NCBI GenBank assembly: GCA_030649895.1
Contig: JAUSEX010000030.1
Coordinates: forward strand, 592 to 64,591
Reading direction: 5' to 3'
Length of the DNA: 64,000 nt
Source of the DNA: Candidatus Omnitrophota bacterium
GTDB lineage: Bacteria > Omnitrophota > Gorgyraeia > Gorgyraeales > Gorgyraeaceae
A program made the position numbers and the translations under genes. This document shows, in pieces, positions 20,175 to 30,008 of the stretch (positions are counted from its first letter, which is position 1; each line of letters opens with the position of its first letter). A model generated the notes under the pieces. That model searched no databases and was not told the DNA's origin. It was given only the letters and a program-made list of their open reading frames with translations.

Positions 20175-20866
20175 CCGGTTTCTTTTACGAATTCGCTTTT
20201 CTTCGCACCACACACAGGGCATACCCATGAATCAGGGATATCCTCAAACCTGGTACCCGGCTGTACGCCTCCGTCAGGATCTCCCGTCTCAGGGTCGTAT
20301 ACATAATTGCATACAGTGCAGATATATTTTTGCGCTGTCTGTTTTTTCCGACTAACTGCTTCTGATTTTATGAATGTCGGGGCATTCTCAGGCGTAGTCC
20401 CGCGTTTTACCTGATGATAATAATCATAGGTCATGGTTTTTCCTGTATTTAATATCTTTGAATCCGTCATCTCGCCCAGAAAAAGCGTGTGGGTTCCGCA
20501 GTCAAACTGGCTTATGACCTTTGCCTCCAGATAACAAAGCGCGTTTTCCAGCACCACAGGGCATCCTGAACCAAGCTTTACAAATTTTGTATCCTTGAAT
20601 TTATCTTCTACCCTGCCTGATTTGAATCCGAATTTGCCCATAAAGCTTAAGGGTGTTTCCTGCGCCAGCATTGAAACGCTGAACCTCTTGCTTGATTCTA
20701 TATATTCATGCGTAAGGTTTTTCTTGTTAATGCTTATAGCCACAGTTACAGGCTCGCTAGTGATCTGAAAAACAGTGTTGGCTATCTGTCCGTTCAGCAA
20801 ATCCCCTTTACTGGAACTCACTATATACATGCAATAGCCTATATTATGCAGAACACTCGGATCCAT
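20162..20866 (-). CDS. Flavin reductase-rubredoxin fusion (high-molecular-weight rubredoxin)
   Basis: [27 protein letters not shown]; C-terminal CTVC...WVCPVC. Confidence 0.9.
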   Translation of the reverse strand: MDPSVLHNIGYCMYIVSSSKGDLLNGQIANTVFQITSEPVTVAISINKKNLTHEYIESSKRFSVSMLAQETPLSFMGKFGFKSGRVEDKFKDTKFVKLGSGCPVVLENALCYLEAKVISQFDCGTHTLFLGEMTDSKILNTGKTMTYDYYHQVKRGTTPENAPTFIKSEAVSRKKQTAQKYICTVCNYVYDPETGDPDGGVQPGTRFEDIPDSWVCPVCGAKKSEFVKETGYAS

Positions 20867-20905
20867 CTTAACCACCTCAACCCCGCGGGAGACCTGCGGC
20901 TTATC

Positions 20906-22198
20906 CTAAGCTTTCAAGATCTTCGCAAGATCATCTTTAGGATTAGAGACCAATCTCAAATCAAACTTTTCCTGAAGCACCCCGAATACATTCTTTGATA
21001 AAAATGCAGGAGGCGTAGGGCCTATGTAGATACCCTTAATATTAAGATACAATAAACTTAAAAGAATCGCAACAGCTTTCTGCTCAAACCACGACAGAAC
21101 CAACGTGAGCGGCAGGTCGTTCACGCCTGTCTTAAAAGCACCTGCCAGCGCTTCTGCGATCTTTATCGCGGAATACGCGTTATTGCACTGGCCCACGTCT
21201 ATCAGTCTTGGGATACCTTCTATATCTCCAAAATCAAGCTTATTGAAACGGTATTTTCCGCACGCAAGCGTAAGTATCACGCAATCTTTCGGAACCAGCT
21301 CTGCGAATTCCGTATAATAATTTCTGCCTGCCTTTGCTCCGTCGCAGCCGCCTATTAAAAAGAAATGTTTTATCTTTCCTGATTTCACGGCGCCTATCAC
21401 TTTATCGGCAATGCCAAGGACTGCGGTATGATGAAAACCTGTCATTATCTTTTTACCGGGCGCCTCAGGCAAACCAGGCAAACTCTTCGCCTTCTCAATC
21501 AACCCGCTGAAATCTTTCCTGTCCTGTATCCGCTTAGATCCCGTAACGCCTGTTATGCCTATTGTAAACAGCCTGTCCAGATAAGTATTTTCCGGCGGTA
21601 TCAAAACGCAGTTAGTAGTAGCTAAAATAGCGCCCGGAAATTCTTTAAATTCTTTTTTCTGCTCCTGCCATGCGCCCCCGTAATTACCAACAAGGTGCTT
21701 GAATTTTTTAAGTTCAGGATATCCGTGAGCCGGCAGCATTTCGCTATGCGTGTACACATTAACCCCGGTACCCTCTGTCTGCTTCAATAATTCATAAAGA
21801 TCCAGGAGGTCATGGCCTGTAATAAGTATGCCCGGCCCCTTTCTTGTTCCCGTCTCAACTTCTACAGGCACAGGATTGCCAAACTTGCCGGTATGCGCTT
21901 TATCCAGAAGCTCCATCACCTTTATATTTATCTGGCCGCACTTTAAAACCAGCCCGATATATTGGTTTATGTCAAAGCTCACGTTTGTAACTGTCTTAAA
22001 TAGCGCCTCATGCATAAAAGCATCCACTTCTTTGTCTATAGCCCCGAGTTCTCTTGCGTGATACGCATATGCAGCTATGCCCTTTAACCCGAATAACAGG
22101 GTATCCTGCAGGCTCTGTATATCTTCATTCTTTCCGCACACGCCTGCCTTTGTGCACCCTGTACCGCCCGCTGTCTGCTCGCATTGATAACAAAACAT
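20906..22198 (-). CDS. hcp: Hybrid cluster protein (short form)
   Basis: MFCYQCEQT...GC...GVCGK, GHDL, THSEMLPAHGYP, TTNC, GGCDG, GQCN, SWFEQKA. Confidence 0.95.
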   Translation of the reverse strand: MFCYQCEQTAGGTGCTKAGVCGKNEDIQSLQDTLLFGLKGIAAYAYHARELGAIDKEVDAFMHEALFKTVTNVSFDINQYIGLVLKCGQINIKVMELLDKAHTGKFGNPVPVEVETGTRKGPGILITGHDLLDLYELLKQTEGTGVNVYTHSEMLPAHGYPELKKFKHLVGNYGGAWQEQKKEFKEFPGAILATTNCVLIPPENTYLDRLFTIGITGVTGSKRIQDRKDFSGLIEKAKSLPGLPEAPGKKIMTGFHHTAVLGIADKVIGAVKSGKIKHFFLIGGCDGAKAGRNYYTEFAELVPKDCVILTLACGKYRFNKLDFGDIEGIPRLIDVGQCNNAYSAIKIAEALAGAFKTGVNDLPLTLVLSWFEQKAVAILLSLLYLNIKGIYIGPTPPAFLSKNVFGVLQEKFDLRLVSNPKDDLAKILKA

Positions 22199-22250
22199 TT
22201 TACCCCTCCCTGTTATTTCGCTTTTCCGATCGCCGATCGGAAAACGGTTT

Positions 22251-22490
22251 CTACTTTTTATTTTTCTTATATCTTTCGTATTTCTGAGACCCTATACAAT
22301 CCTTTGCCATGCTGCACCAGTCAAGACACGACCCGGGCAAACATCTGCTCGTCTTTTTTTTGCAACAAGGGCAGGTAGTTTCCGTCTCGTCAGACCAAAT
22401 CTCTATTTCTTTGCCGCATGAACATTTAATATTCTCAGGAAATGGCTCTTTCACTCTCTTGGAGCCAGGGCAACCGTCAAAAAAACTCAT
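22251..22490 (-). CDS. Small Cys-rich metal-binding protein
   Basis: CPGS, C-x-CG.EIEIWSDE, CPCC, SCLDWC....C. Confidence 0.7.
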   Translation of the reverse strand: MSFFDGCPGSKRVKEPFPENIKCSCGKEIEIWSDETETTCPCCKKKTSRCLPGSCLDWCSMAKDCIGSQKYERYKKNKK

Positions 22491-23197
22491 TTTATATCCC
22501 CCTGGATACCTACGGTAATTTCCTTTACAAGTATTTTTTTACAGGATAATTTCACTGCCTCGCCCACTATGTGATTCAAGCCAAAACAGCACGGCACTTC
22601 CATGTGCGCGACTGTCACGCTCTTTAGATTATTGACTTTGAAAATCTCAGCCAGTTTTTCTATATACATATCTCCTTCGTCCAGTTTCGGACAGCCTATA
22701 ATAAGAGGCTTGCCTTTTAATAAGTCCTGATGAAAGCCAGGATATGAAAACGCCACGCAGTCAGCAGCTATCAATAAATCCGCATTTTTTAAATACGGCG
22801 CGTCTACAGGTACCAGCTTCAGCTGTATGGGCCAGTTAGCGAGCTCGGATTCCGTCTTCACCATTGGCCCTTCACCCTTCACCACCCTGGGTTTAAGCGT
22901 TTTCACAGCTGTTCCAGGGCATCCGCATGGTAATCTCTTCTCTTCTTTCTTTTTTATATCCTCCAGATGTCTTTTGGTTGCTTCTTCGTCAAAAGATTTT
23001 GCGTCTTTTTCCTCAATGCTGATAGCGCCTTCAAGGCAATGGCCAAGGCACGCGCCTAACCCGTCGCAGTAAATGTCTTTTACTAGCCTGGCCTTCCCAT
23101 TTACTATCTGAAGAGCGCCTTCCGCGCAATTCGGTATGCATAACCCGCACCCTGTGCATTTTTCCTCGTCTATCTTCACTATTTTACGTTTTGCCAT
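22487..23197 (-). CDS. 4Fe-4S dicluster protein (hcp-associated)
   Basis: CTGCGLCIPNC, CDGLGACLGHC, CGCPG, WPIQL, AADC, GCPKLD, MEVPCC. Confidence 0.88.
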   Translation of the reverse strand: MAKRKIVKIDEEKCTGCGLCIPNCAEGALQIVNGKARLVKDIYCDGLGACLGHCLEGAISIEEKDAKSFDEEATKRHLEDIKKKEEKRLPCGCPGTAVKTLKPRVVKGEGPMVKTESELANWPIQLKLVPVDAPYLKNADLLIAADCVAFSYPGFHQDLLKGKPLIIGCPKLDEGDMYIEKLAEIFKVNNLKSVTVAHMEVPCCFGLNHIVGEAVKLSCKKILVKEITVGIQGDIK

Positions 23198-23205
23198 ATA
23201 AGCTC

Positions 23206-23616
23206 CTACTCAGACAGTTCTTCTATGTTTATATTTTCCAGATCTTTTACAACCCTAGAATTAAGCGCCTTTATCTTTTTTCTGATTTTGCATTCAGGCC
23301 GGTTAGGACATATCTTTCCTTTAAGCAGGCAGTTTGTAAGTTCTATCTCGCCCTGGAATACCCTAATCACGTTTGCAATACTTATCCTCGCGGGTTTGAC
23401 CAAGAAAGAAAAGCCTCCGGATTTCCCTTTGTAGGATAAAAGCATATTTTTTTCTGCCAATTTCTGCAATATTCTCCTCAAGAAAACCTTGGGGAGCTTT
23501 TCTTCTAATACTATTTCCTCTACGGTAAAAACCTTCCTGCCTTCCTGCCTTAAGGCCCTGGCCATTAACACCATAGCCCTCAACGCGTAATCCGTATCCC
23601 TGGTTATAAATCTCAT
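23206..23616 (-). CDS. Rrf2-family transcriptional regulator
   Basis: TDYALRA, L..ILQKL, S.KG..GGF, three C-terminal Cys. Confidence 0.92.
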   Translation of the reverse strand: MRFITRDTDYALRAMVLMARALRQEGRKVFTVEEIVLEEKLPKVFLRRILQKLAEKNMLLSYKGKSGGFSFLVKPARISIANVIRVFQGEIELTNCLLKGKICPNRPECKIRKKIKALNSRVVKDLENINIEELSE

Positions 23617-23633
23617 GCAACTCCTTCTCTTAT

Positions 23634-23669
23634 TGATACTATATTAGTATCATTTAGATAACTTGTCAA
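23634..23669 (-). promoter_or_regulatory. Promoter with overlapping palindromic operator (candidate Rrf2 site)
   Basis: TTGACA-17-TAATAT; perfect TGATACT-N5-AGTATCA at 23634-23652. Confidence 0.7.
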
Positions 23670-23687
23670 GTAAAATTACGCGTTAGA

Positions 23688-24323
23688 CTAATCCAACCTC
23701 ACGTATATACAGGACGCCAGCTCCTTGTCCACGGCAAACTGGCTCTTGCCTACCTGGAAAACAAAAGAAGGAAATTTCTGGATAAGCCTTATGCCTGTAT
23801 TAGGCAACGCTCCGATGGCGATTATTTTTTGCAGCATCGCCTGATTTTGCGCCTCTAAATGCGAGATCGTAGCCTTCTTGTTCAATTCCAATTCGCTCAA
23901 CAGCATAATTATTTTTTTAGGCACCCTCTTCACATCCTTACAGCAATCGCCCTCCGGGATAGGCCTCCCATGCGGGCATGTCCTGGGGTGGCCGAGCAAT
24001 ATACAAACATTCTCATCGAGGCCCTTGTGAAGCAAATGTTCGAACTTACAGCTTGCCTCATGCACCAATCTCTTTTTTATATCGAGAACATCCACAAACA
24101 GCCTCTCTGCCAAGCGATGCCGCCTTACGCAATTCTTAGCTTCCTCTCTTCCTTTATTGGTCAGCTTTATCTGACTGTTCCTTATCTCTACATAATCCAG
24201 ATCGGATAATCTTTTGATAATATCGTCGTCTTTCAACACACTGATATCGCACGACTGATTCTTCTTTTCTACCAGTTCCCCCCAAAGCGCCTCCAGTATC
24301 TCCTCTTCCCTGTCCGTAAGCAT
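23688..24323 (-). CDS. DtxR/MntR-family metal-dependent regulator with C-terminal FeoA domain
   Basis: EEILE, RRHRLAERL, CKFEH, CPHG.PIP, FeoA-like tail. Confidence 0.9.
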   Translation of the reverse strand: MLTDREEEILEALWGELVEKKNQSCDISVLKDDDIIKRLSDLDYVEIRNSQIKLTNKGREEAKNCVRRHRLAERLFVDVLDIKKRLVHEASCKFEHLLHKGLDENVCILLGHPRTCPHGRPIPEGDCCKDVKRVPKKIIMLLSELELNKKATISHLEAQNQAMLQKIIAIGALPNTGIRLIQKFPSFVFQVGKSQFAVDKELASCIYVRLD

Positions 24324-24335
24324 ATCCTTATCTCC

Positions 24336-25784
24336 TTATAATATTACGCCAAGCCTTGTTAAAATAAAATTTACGACGAATGCCACGCTAAATGAAAAAA
24401 ATAATATAAAAACAGATATCCCGAGCCCTGTTTTCCAACCGCGCTCTTTGACGTTCATTAAAAACTGGGCGATACAAGGGAGAAATAATGTCAGCGCCAC
24501 GCAACTTACAACAAGCTGCACACCGTTCAAGAGCCCGTGCTTATTAAGGTCGTACAGCCCTGCTGCGCCATAATCACGCCTAAAAAAACCAAAGAGAAAG
24601 GCCTTACTGGCTTCGGCCGGCAGGCCTATTAATTCTACCGGCTTTTTCAGAAGATTGACCATGAAATCAAATAAATGCGATAGGACCCCCAGCCATATAA
24701 AAATACTCGCCAGCAGAAATAACGGCAATATCTCTATAAAATACCATTTTACCCTGGCAAAGGTCTTGGTGATAACATTTGAAATGCTTGGCATCCTGAG
24801 AGGCGGAACCTCCATATAGAAAGACGGCCTTTCGCCAGGCAAAATCTTGGAGGTCAGGTAACCCACAAATAAAAATATCAAACCGACTATCCCGGCCCAT
24901 ATCAACATCGCTTTAGGGTTGCCTCCCAATAACGCCAGGATAACGCCCATTTGAGCTGAACACGGTATGGCAAGAGAAAGAAGTATGGTTGCAATAATAC
25001 GTTCCCTCTTAGTAGGCAATGTCCTTGTAACCATTGTAGCCATCGTAGCGCAACCAAACCCAAGGACCATCGGTATTACCGCCCTGCCGCTCAGCCCTAT
25101 CTTCTTAAATGTCCTGTCTATAAGCATCGCAAGGCGCGGCAGATACCCGGTATCTTCAATTATAGAAAAAACAATAAAAAAGAAAGTAACTATCGGCAAT
25201 ATAAGCGCAACAGCGTACCTCAAACCAAGCGTAATTACGCCATATTCTCCCACAAGAAGTTCCCGTAAAATCCTCCATGGAACAATATGAGCGGCTGCTT
25301 TTATAAAAAATGGGTTCAGGTATTTTTCAAATATCGTTCCTTCCAGAAAATTCACCACTGTGCCTGCCCCGAACTGGCCTACAAACTTGTACAGGCCCCA
25401 GTAAAGCACTAATAAAAGAATGGGAATGCCTGTTATGGGGTTCATTGTCAACCTGCTTAATCTCTCTCTCAGCTCAATGGTTTCTTTTTTTATCTTTACC
25501 GCTTTCTCTATAATCAATCTCACTTCATTCTGTCTTTCTAATGCCAATTCGTAAGTAATAGGATTCGCAAAATGCGCCTTTGCCTCTTTCACTACTTTCT
25601 GTATATCATCTATAGTATCGCTCTCATTTTTACGCACTATTTCTCTTATTTCCTCATCATCCTGCAGGAGCAAAAGCGCTACAGAACGTTTAGATATAAA
25701 ATAACTTGCCTTGAGCAGGTCGCATATCTTTTCAACTGCTAATTCTATGGAGTACTCTATCGGGCCTTTATAATCCATTGCCAT
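24336..25784 (-). CDS. feoB: Ferrous iron transporter FeoB, membrane part
   Basis: EDTGYLPRLA, GLSGR, GFGC, IPCSAQ, ME.PP.R, PCIA. Confidence 0.9.
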   Translation of the reverse strand: MAMDYKGPIEYSIELAVEKICDLLKASYFISKRSVALLLLQDDEEIREIVRKNESDTIDDIQKVVKEAKAHFANPITYELALERQNEVRLIIEKAVKIKKETIELRERLSRLTMNPITGIPILLLVLYWGLYKFVGQFGAGTVVNFLEGTIFEKYLNPFFIKAAAHIVPWRILRELLVGEYGVITLGLRYAVALILPIVTFFFIVFSIIEDTGYLPRLAMLIDRTFKKIGLSGRAVIPMVLGFGCATMATMVTRTLPTKRERIIATILLSLAIPCSAQMGVILALLGGNPKAMLIWAGIVGLIFLFVGYLTSKILPGERPSFYMEVPPLRMPSISNVITKTFARVKWYFIEILPLFLLASIFIWLGVLSHLFDFMVNLLKKPVELIGLPAEASKAFLFGFFRRDYGAAGLYDLNKHGLLNGVQLVVSCVALTLFLPCIAQFLMNVKERGWKTGLGISVFILFFSFSVAFVVNFILTRLGVIL

Positions 25785-26268
25785 ACGACTTTATCCTCTT
25801 TTTCAATTCTTCTATGCCTTTCCCGGCCGTGGAAACAGTCTCTATAACAGGCACTCCCAGTTCTTTTTCCAACACCTGTATATTTATGCTGACGCCTTCT
25901 TTACGGGCCTCATCCATTATATTAAGCACCAACATAACCGGCAACTCCGCCTCCATTAATTGCAGCGTCAGAGAAAGCATCCTTTCCAGGTTTTTGGCAT
26001 CCACGACATGTATAACAATATCTGGCTTCTCATTAAGCAATATCCTTCTTGCGACTCTTTCTTCTTCCGTGATCGGCAGAAATGAATACATGCCTGGCGT
26101 GTCTATCACCTCATAATCTGTTCCCTCCAGATTCATCCTGCCTCTGGAAACCTCGACAGTCGTGCCGGGATAATTGGAAACAACCACATACTGTCCGGTA
26201 AGCACATTGAATAAAACGCTCTTGCCTACATTAGGATTTCCTACAATAGCTATCTTTTTTATGCTCAT
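25768..26268 (-). CDS. FeoB small GTPase domain (separate gene)
   Basis: GNPNVGKS, NYPGTTVE, DTPG.YS, VDA.NLER, N..D; start at MSIKK. Confidence 0.88.
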   Translation of the reverse strand: MSIKKIAIVGNPNVGKSVLFNVLTGQYVVVSNYPGTTVEVSRGRMNLEGTDYEVIDTPGMYSFLPITEEERVARRILLNEKPDIVIHVVDAKNLERMLSLTLQLMEAELPVMLVLNIMDEARKEGVSINIQVLEKELGVPVIETVSTAGKGIEELKKRIKSYGNGL

Positions 26269-26269
26269 G

Positions 26270-26905
26270 TTATCTGGCAAAAAAACTTTTTCCTGTTTTT
26301 TTAGCAATCTGTCGCGCTTCTTTTATTTTCTCTCCCTGCACTTCCGGGCCAAGCGCATCCATTGGCTGGCTATTTATAAAGGTAACGTCAATTATACCGG
26401 CCAGGCCGAAGACAGACCTTATATAAGGTTCCTGAAAATCATAAGCATGGCCCGGGCTTCCAGGCGAATAGTCTCCTCCACGGCTTGTAATAACAACCAT
26501 TTTTTTGTTCTTTACAAGCCCTTCCGGCCCTTTGTCCGTATACCTGAAAAGGTATTTTGGCTGAAGAATTACGTCTATATAATGCTTTAGATAATACGGG
26601 ATGCCGAAGTTCCACATAGGGACGCTTATGATATATCCATCTGCTGAAAGAAATCTTTCTATGTGCCTTATGATATCGCTCCATGCCGGCTTTAAATCAT
26701 CGGGTAAGTCTTTTCCCCCGAGCAATATATATTTTCCGTTTATCGCCTTGACAGTAAGCTCTGGAAGCCTTTCTTTTGTAACATCCAGCGTATCTACTTT
26801 ACAATCAGGCGAGGCCTGTTCCAATCCTTCAAAAAATGCCTCCGTGACTTTAAGCGTCCTGGATTCCTCCCCTCTCGGCGTAGCAATAATATGCAAAAGT
26901 TTCAT
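26270..26905 (-). CDS. azoR: FMN-dependent NADH-azoreductase
   Basis: I.ATPRG..S.T, PMWNFGIP..LK.YID, FRYT..GPEGL, SRGG.Y. Confidence 0.9.
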   Translation of the reverse strand: MKLLHIIATPRGEESRTLKVTEAFFEGLEQASPDCKVDTLDVTKERLPELTVKAINGKYILLGGKDLPDDLKPAWSDIIRHIERFLSADGYIISVPMWNFGIPYYLKHYIDVILQPKYLFRYTDKGPEGLVKNKKMVVITSRGGDYSPGSPGHAYDFQEPYIRSVFGLAGIIDVTFINSQPMDALGPEVQGEKIKEARQIAKKTGKSFFAR

Positions 26906-26914
26906 AGCGCCTCC

Positions 26915-27919
26915 TTAATCAAAAAAACCGTCCACCATCGTCCCGCACTCAGGGCATTTAGAATCTTTTATATTGTTTTCAATCACATCGAATGCCGCTC
27001 TCTTTATCAAAATATTTTTACACCTCTGACAAAAGGTATCATTGTCTTCTGATATGTTTCCTAAATAGATATAACGCAAGCCTGCTTTTTCACCTATAAC
27101 TCTGGCTATTTTCAAGGTTTCTACGGGCGTAGGACCTGAATCCAGATACTTGTAATCTGGATGAAACCTGGAGACATGCCACGGGATCTCTTTCCCCACA
27201 CTTGCGATAAATCCTGCCATGTCTTCCAGTTCTTTTTTTGTATCATTCCGGTCCGGAATTATCAAAGTAGTAATTTCAATCCAAATGCCAGATTTTTTCA
27301 TGGCCTTTATAGACTCAAGCACCGGGCTTAGGCTAGCTTTACATAACTTGCTGTAATAATCTTCGCTAAATCCTTTGAGATCCACGTTCGCGCTATCCAA
27401 ATACGGCCCGATCGCCTTAAGCGCCTCAGCTGTCATGTATCCGTTTGTCACAAAATTATTATAAAGCCCTTCTTTTTTAGCAAGTTTGGCAATATCATAA
27501 GCGTATTCAAAAAATATAGTCGGCTCTGTATAGGTATATGAAATGCTTTTACAGCCGCGAGCTTTCGCTTCTCTCACAATATCAGCCGGCTTTATTTCGC
27601 TCCCGGAAACATCATTATCCCTCTTGGAAAGCTGGGATATTTCCCAGTTCTGGCAAAACTGACACTTGAAATTGCACCCGATAGTAGCCAATGAATAAGA
27701 CTTCGTGCCTGGCAAAAAATGATAGAGAGGCTTTTTCTCTATAGGGTCTGCGTGCGAAGCTATTACATCCCCGTATACAAGCGTATATAATTTACCGCTT
27801 ACATTCTGCCTTACCCCGCAAATACCGAATTTGCCTGGAAGGATTTTACAACGATGCGAACATAGATAACAATGCGCCTCGTCATAAGAGCTCTCATACA
27901 GCATCGCCTCTTTTATCAT
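26915..27919 (-). CDS. amrS: AmmeMemoRadiSam system radical SAM enzyme
   Basis: C..C...C, G.CGVR.N, DPIEKKPLYHF.PG, GCNFKCQFCQNWEISQ, YTY.EP, PWHVSRFHP. Confidence 0.92.
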   Translation of the reverse strand: MIKEAMLYESSYDEAHCYLCSHRCKILPGKFGICGVRQNVSGKLYTLVYGDVIASHADPIEKKPLYHFLPGTKSYSLATIGCNFKCQFCQNWEISQLSKRDNDVSGSEIKPADIVREAKARGCKSISYTYTEPTIFFEYAYDIAKLAKKEGLYNNFVTNGYMTAEALKAIGPYLDSANVDLKGFSEDYYSKLCKASLSPVLESIKAMKKSGIWIEITTLIIPDRNDTKKELEDMAGFIASVGKEIPWHVSRFHPDYKYLDSGPTPVETLKIARVIGEKAGLRYIYLGNISEDNDTFCQRCKNILIKRAAFDVIENNIKDSKCPECGTMVDGFFD

Positions 27920-28260
27920 TTTGCTAATTTTATCTCTTTTGCTAATTTTCCGCTTATATTACAGTAGGCCTCTATGGATAATACATCGCCCGGCATGGCG
28001 TCAGGTACAAGATAACTCACTGTCTGGTTGGTATTATTATCCTGCCTGCTTATGCTTTGGCTTATTATTTCTTTTCCATTGAGCCCCGCGTTAACTTTAT
28101 AAACAAAATGTTTCCTAACATCGCTTACATTGTGCATAATAATCGCCGTAAGTATTTTCGTCTTCGGCGCATATGTAAGTTTTATGTCCGAAGGCGGATG
28201 AGCATAAGCCAGCGAACAGATAAAGATACATAAAATCGACAGCATGATTATTTTTTTCAT
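27916..28260 (-). CDS. Exported protein with desulfoferrodoxin/SOR-like His/Cys pattern
   Basis: Signal peptide AYA|HPP, H..., HF, YCNISG; start at MKKII after element D. Confidence 0.6.
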   Translation of the reverse strand: MKKIIMLSILCIFICSLAYAHPPSDIKLTYAPKTKILTAIIMHNVSDVRKHFVYKVNAGLNGKEIISQSISRQDNNTNQTVSYLVPDAMPGDVLSIEAYCNISGKLAKEIKLAK

Positions 28261-28265
28261 TTTTG

Positions 28266-28336
28266 CCTCGCAAATTTTGTGAAACAAAATTTGATCCAGG
28301 GCGGCTATATGTTCACATATTTTGCCGCGAAGGACT
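28266..28336 (-). promoter_or_regulatory. Structured SD element, copy D
   Basis: AGTCC-TTC-GCGGC..GCCGC-CCT-GGATC-AAATTTTG-TTTCA-CAAAATTT-GCGAGG-5 nt-ATG; overlaps the end of the RnfD-like ORF. Confidence 0.75.
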
Positions 28337-29068
28337 TTTGTTTAATAAAGGCGTAAATAGATTAAAACAGGTCAAAGCGAAGAGCTCGGGCTCTTTAACG
28401 CCTGCGGCATATAAAATAAAGACCAGCGCGCCTACGCCTGATCCGAATATTATTTTCCCAAACCTTGTCAGGGGAGTAGTCATCGGCTCTATGAGCATTA
28501 TAAATATAAAGAAATAATTCAGGTAGCCTAATATGTCAAAGATTTGCGCATTTTGAATAATAGCCTGGCCTCCGAATAAAATAAAGGATGCGATAAAATA
28601 GCTTATAATAATCTCTAATTTTTTTATTTTAAAAGAAGAATAAACGCCGAAAGGGATAATAATATACCAGAGATATGCGCCTTTCCATTCCGTGGATAAG
28701 CCCAAAAGAAATACCGCCGCTAATATTCCGAATCCCGCAGGATTAAACACGTGCCTTGTTTTAAACCTTATAAGATGCTTGGAACTTATCGCTAATACAG
28801 AGGTCAGGGCTATTATCCACCAGGCATAGGAGCCGGCCATCACATAACTTACTATTAAACCTGTTATGATTGAGCTTTCCGTTAAAACAAATTCCTTTTC
28901 CTTTAAGTAAGTTACGATAGAGTCGACCAGCGCTGCAGCTATTACGCTGATACATATAGCTAATAAAAATCCTGCGTGTTTCTCCAAAAAAGTTATATAC
29001 ACAGAAAATAACAGCAGAAAAATTCCCAATTGAGCTTTTATTGACCTTGTATTCATTCCTTGCCCCAT
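28313..29068 (-). CDS. RnfD/NqrB-like membrane protein
   Basis: S.IITGLI, SKH....HVFNPA.FG, FIMLIEPMTTP. Confidence 0.75.
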   Translation of the reverse strand: MGQGMNTRSIKAQLGIFLLLFSVYITFLEKHAGFLLAICISVIAAALVDSIVTYLKEKEFVLTESSIITGLIVSYVMAGSYAWWIIALTSVLAISSKHLIRFKTRHVFNPAGFGILAAVFLLGLSTEWKGAYLWYIIIPFGVYSSFKIKKLEIIISYFIASFILFGGQAIIQNAQIFDILGYLNYFFIFIMLIEPMTTPLTRFGKIIFGSGVGALVFILYAAGVKEPELFALTCFNLFTPLLNKSPSRQNM

Positions 29069-29102
29069 TCAGTCTCTACCCGTTTTCCGAACGGGCAGGT
29101 GT

Positions 29103-30008
29103 TCATTTCAGGCGACCCAGATACCTGAAAGCGCCCAAGGCTGCCTTTGCGCCATCTCCTGCAGCTATCACTATCTGCTTTTCAGGCACGCTCGTCACAT
29201 CGCCTGCGGCAAAAATCCCAGGGACATTGGTCTCATTTGCGCAATTAACCTCGATCTCCCCTCTTTCATTCTTATCCAAACCACTGGCGAACCAGGAATT
29301 CGGTATCATGCCTATCTCTATAAACACCCCTTCTACATCAAGAGCCTGTTTTTTACCCTGAGTATCTACGTTTATACTTTTAACAAACTTTTCTCCTGTT
29401 ATCGATTCTAATCTTGTATTATGCAGGATTTTAACCTTTGGATTATTTTTTAATTTTTCTTGCATGATAGGATCGCCTGTAAACGCGCCTGTTATATTTA
29501 CAAGATAAACCTTACTGGCTATATCCGTCATTTGTATTGCCGCATCGAGAGCGGAATTTCCTCCGCCAAAAACCGCAACATCCTTTTCGGCAAAAAGCGG
29601 GCCATCGCAGGTAACACAATAAGCGACGCCCTTATTTTTATATTCCTTTTCTCCCGGCGCGCCTATTTCTTTCGCCTTTTTACCTGCAGAGATTATCACT
29701 GTCTTTGCCTCGTAACTCGCTTTAGTAGTTTTGATATAAATTATATTGTCCTTTTTCTCCAGTTCCACAACCTCTTCATTTAGATTCAATTGAATCCCGT
29801 ATTTTTCCATATGCTCCTGGAATTTTGCCATAAGGTCCGGCCCTGTTATAAACTGATAACCCGGGTAATTTTCCACATCAGAACTCCATGCTGCTTGGCC
29901 TCCGATATCTTTGGTAATAACCAGGAACTTGATTCTCTTGCGGGCTGCGTATACGCTGGCAGTTATACCTGCGGGACCCGCCCCTATAATAATAAGGTCT
30001 AGGATCAT
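29103..30008 (-). CDS. Thioredoxin reductase / AhpF-like FAD disulfide reductase
   Basis: GAGPAG, ENYPG, CVTCDG, GGGNSA, FAAGD, KQIV. Confidence 0.9.
   Translation of the reverse strand: MILDLIIIGAGPAGITASVYAARKRIKFLVITKDIGGQAAWSSDVENYPGYQFITGPDLMAKFQEHMEKYGIQLNLNEEVVELEKKDNIIYIKTTKASYEAKTVIISAGKKAKEIGAPGEKEYKNKGVAYCVTCDGPLFAEKDVAVFGGGNSALDAAIQMTDIASKVYLVNITGAFTGDPIMQEKLKNNPKVKILHNTRLESITGEKFVKSINVDTQGKKQALDVEGVFIEIGMIPNSWFASGLDKNERGEIEVNCANETNVPGIFAAGDVTSVPEKQIVIAAGDGAKAALGAFRYLGRLK

Noticed and set aside
22222-22244. Perfect 11-bp-arm palindrome upstream of hcp
   Set aside because: Single copy; cannot distinguish operator, REP or terminator, so no functional call is made
26915-27919. AmrS without AmrA/AmrB as a new system
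   Set aside because: The partners are often encoded elsewhere; this cannot be judged from one window
28261-28287. N-terminal extensions in ORF-track starts (MFHKICEAK; also MLGIKFCSTKFF of fba and MEGI of EamA)
   Set aside because: They are translations of the repeated UTR element; the real starts follow its SD
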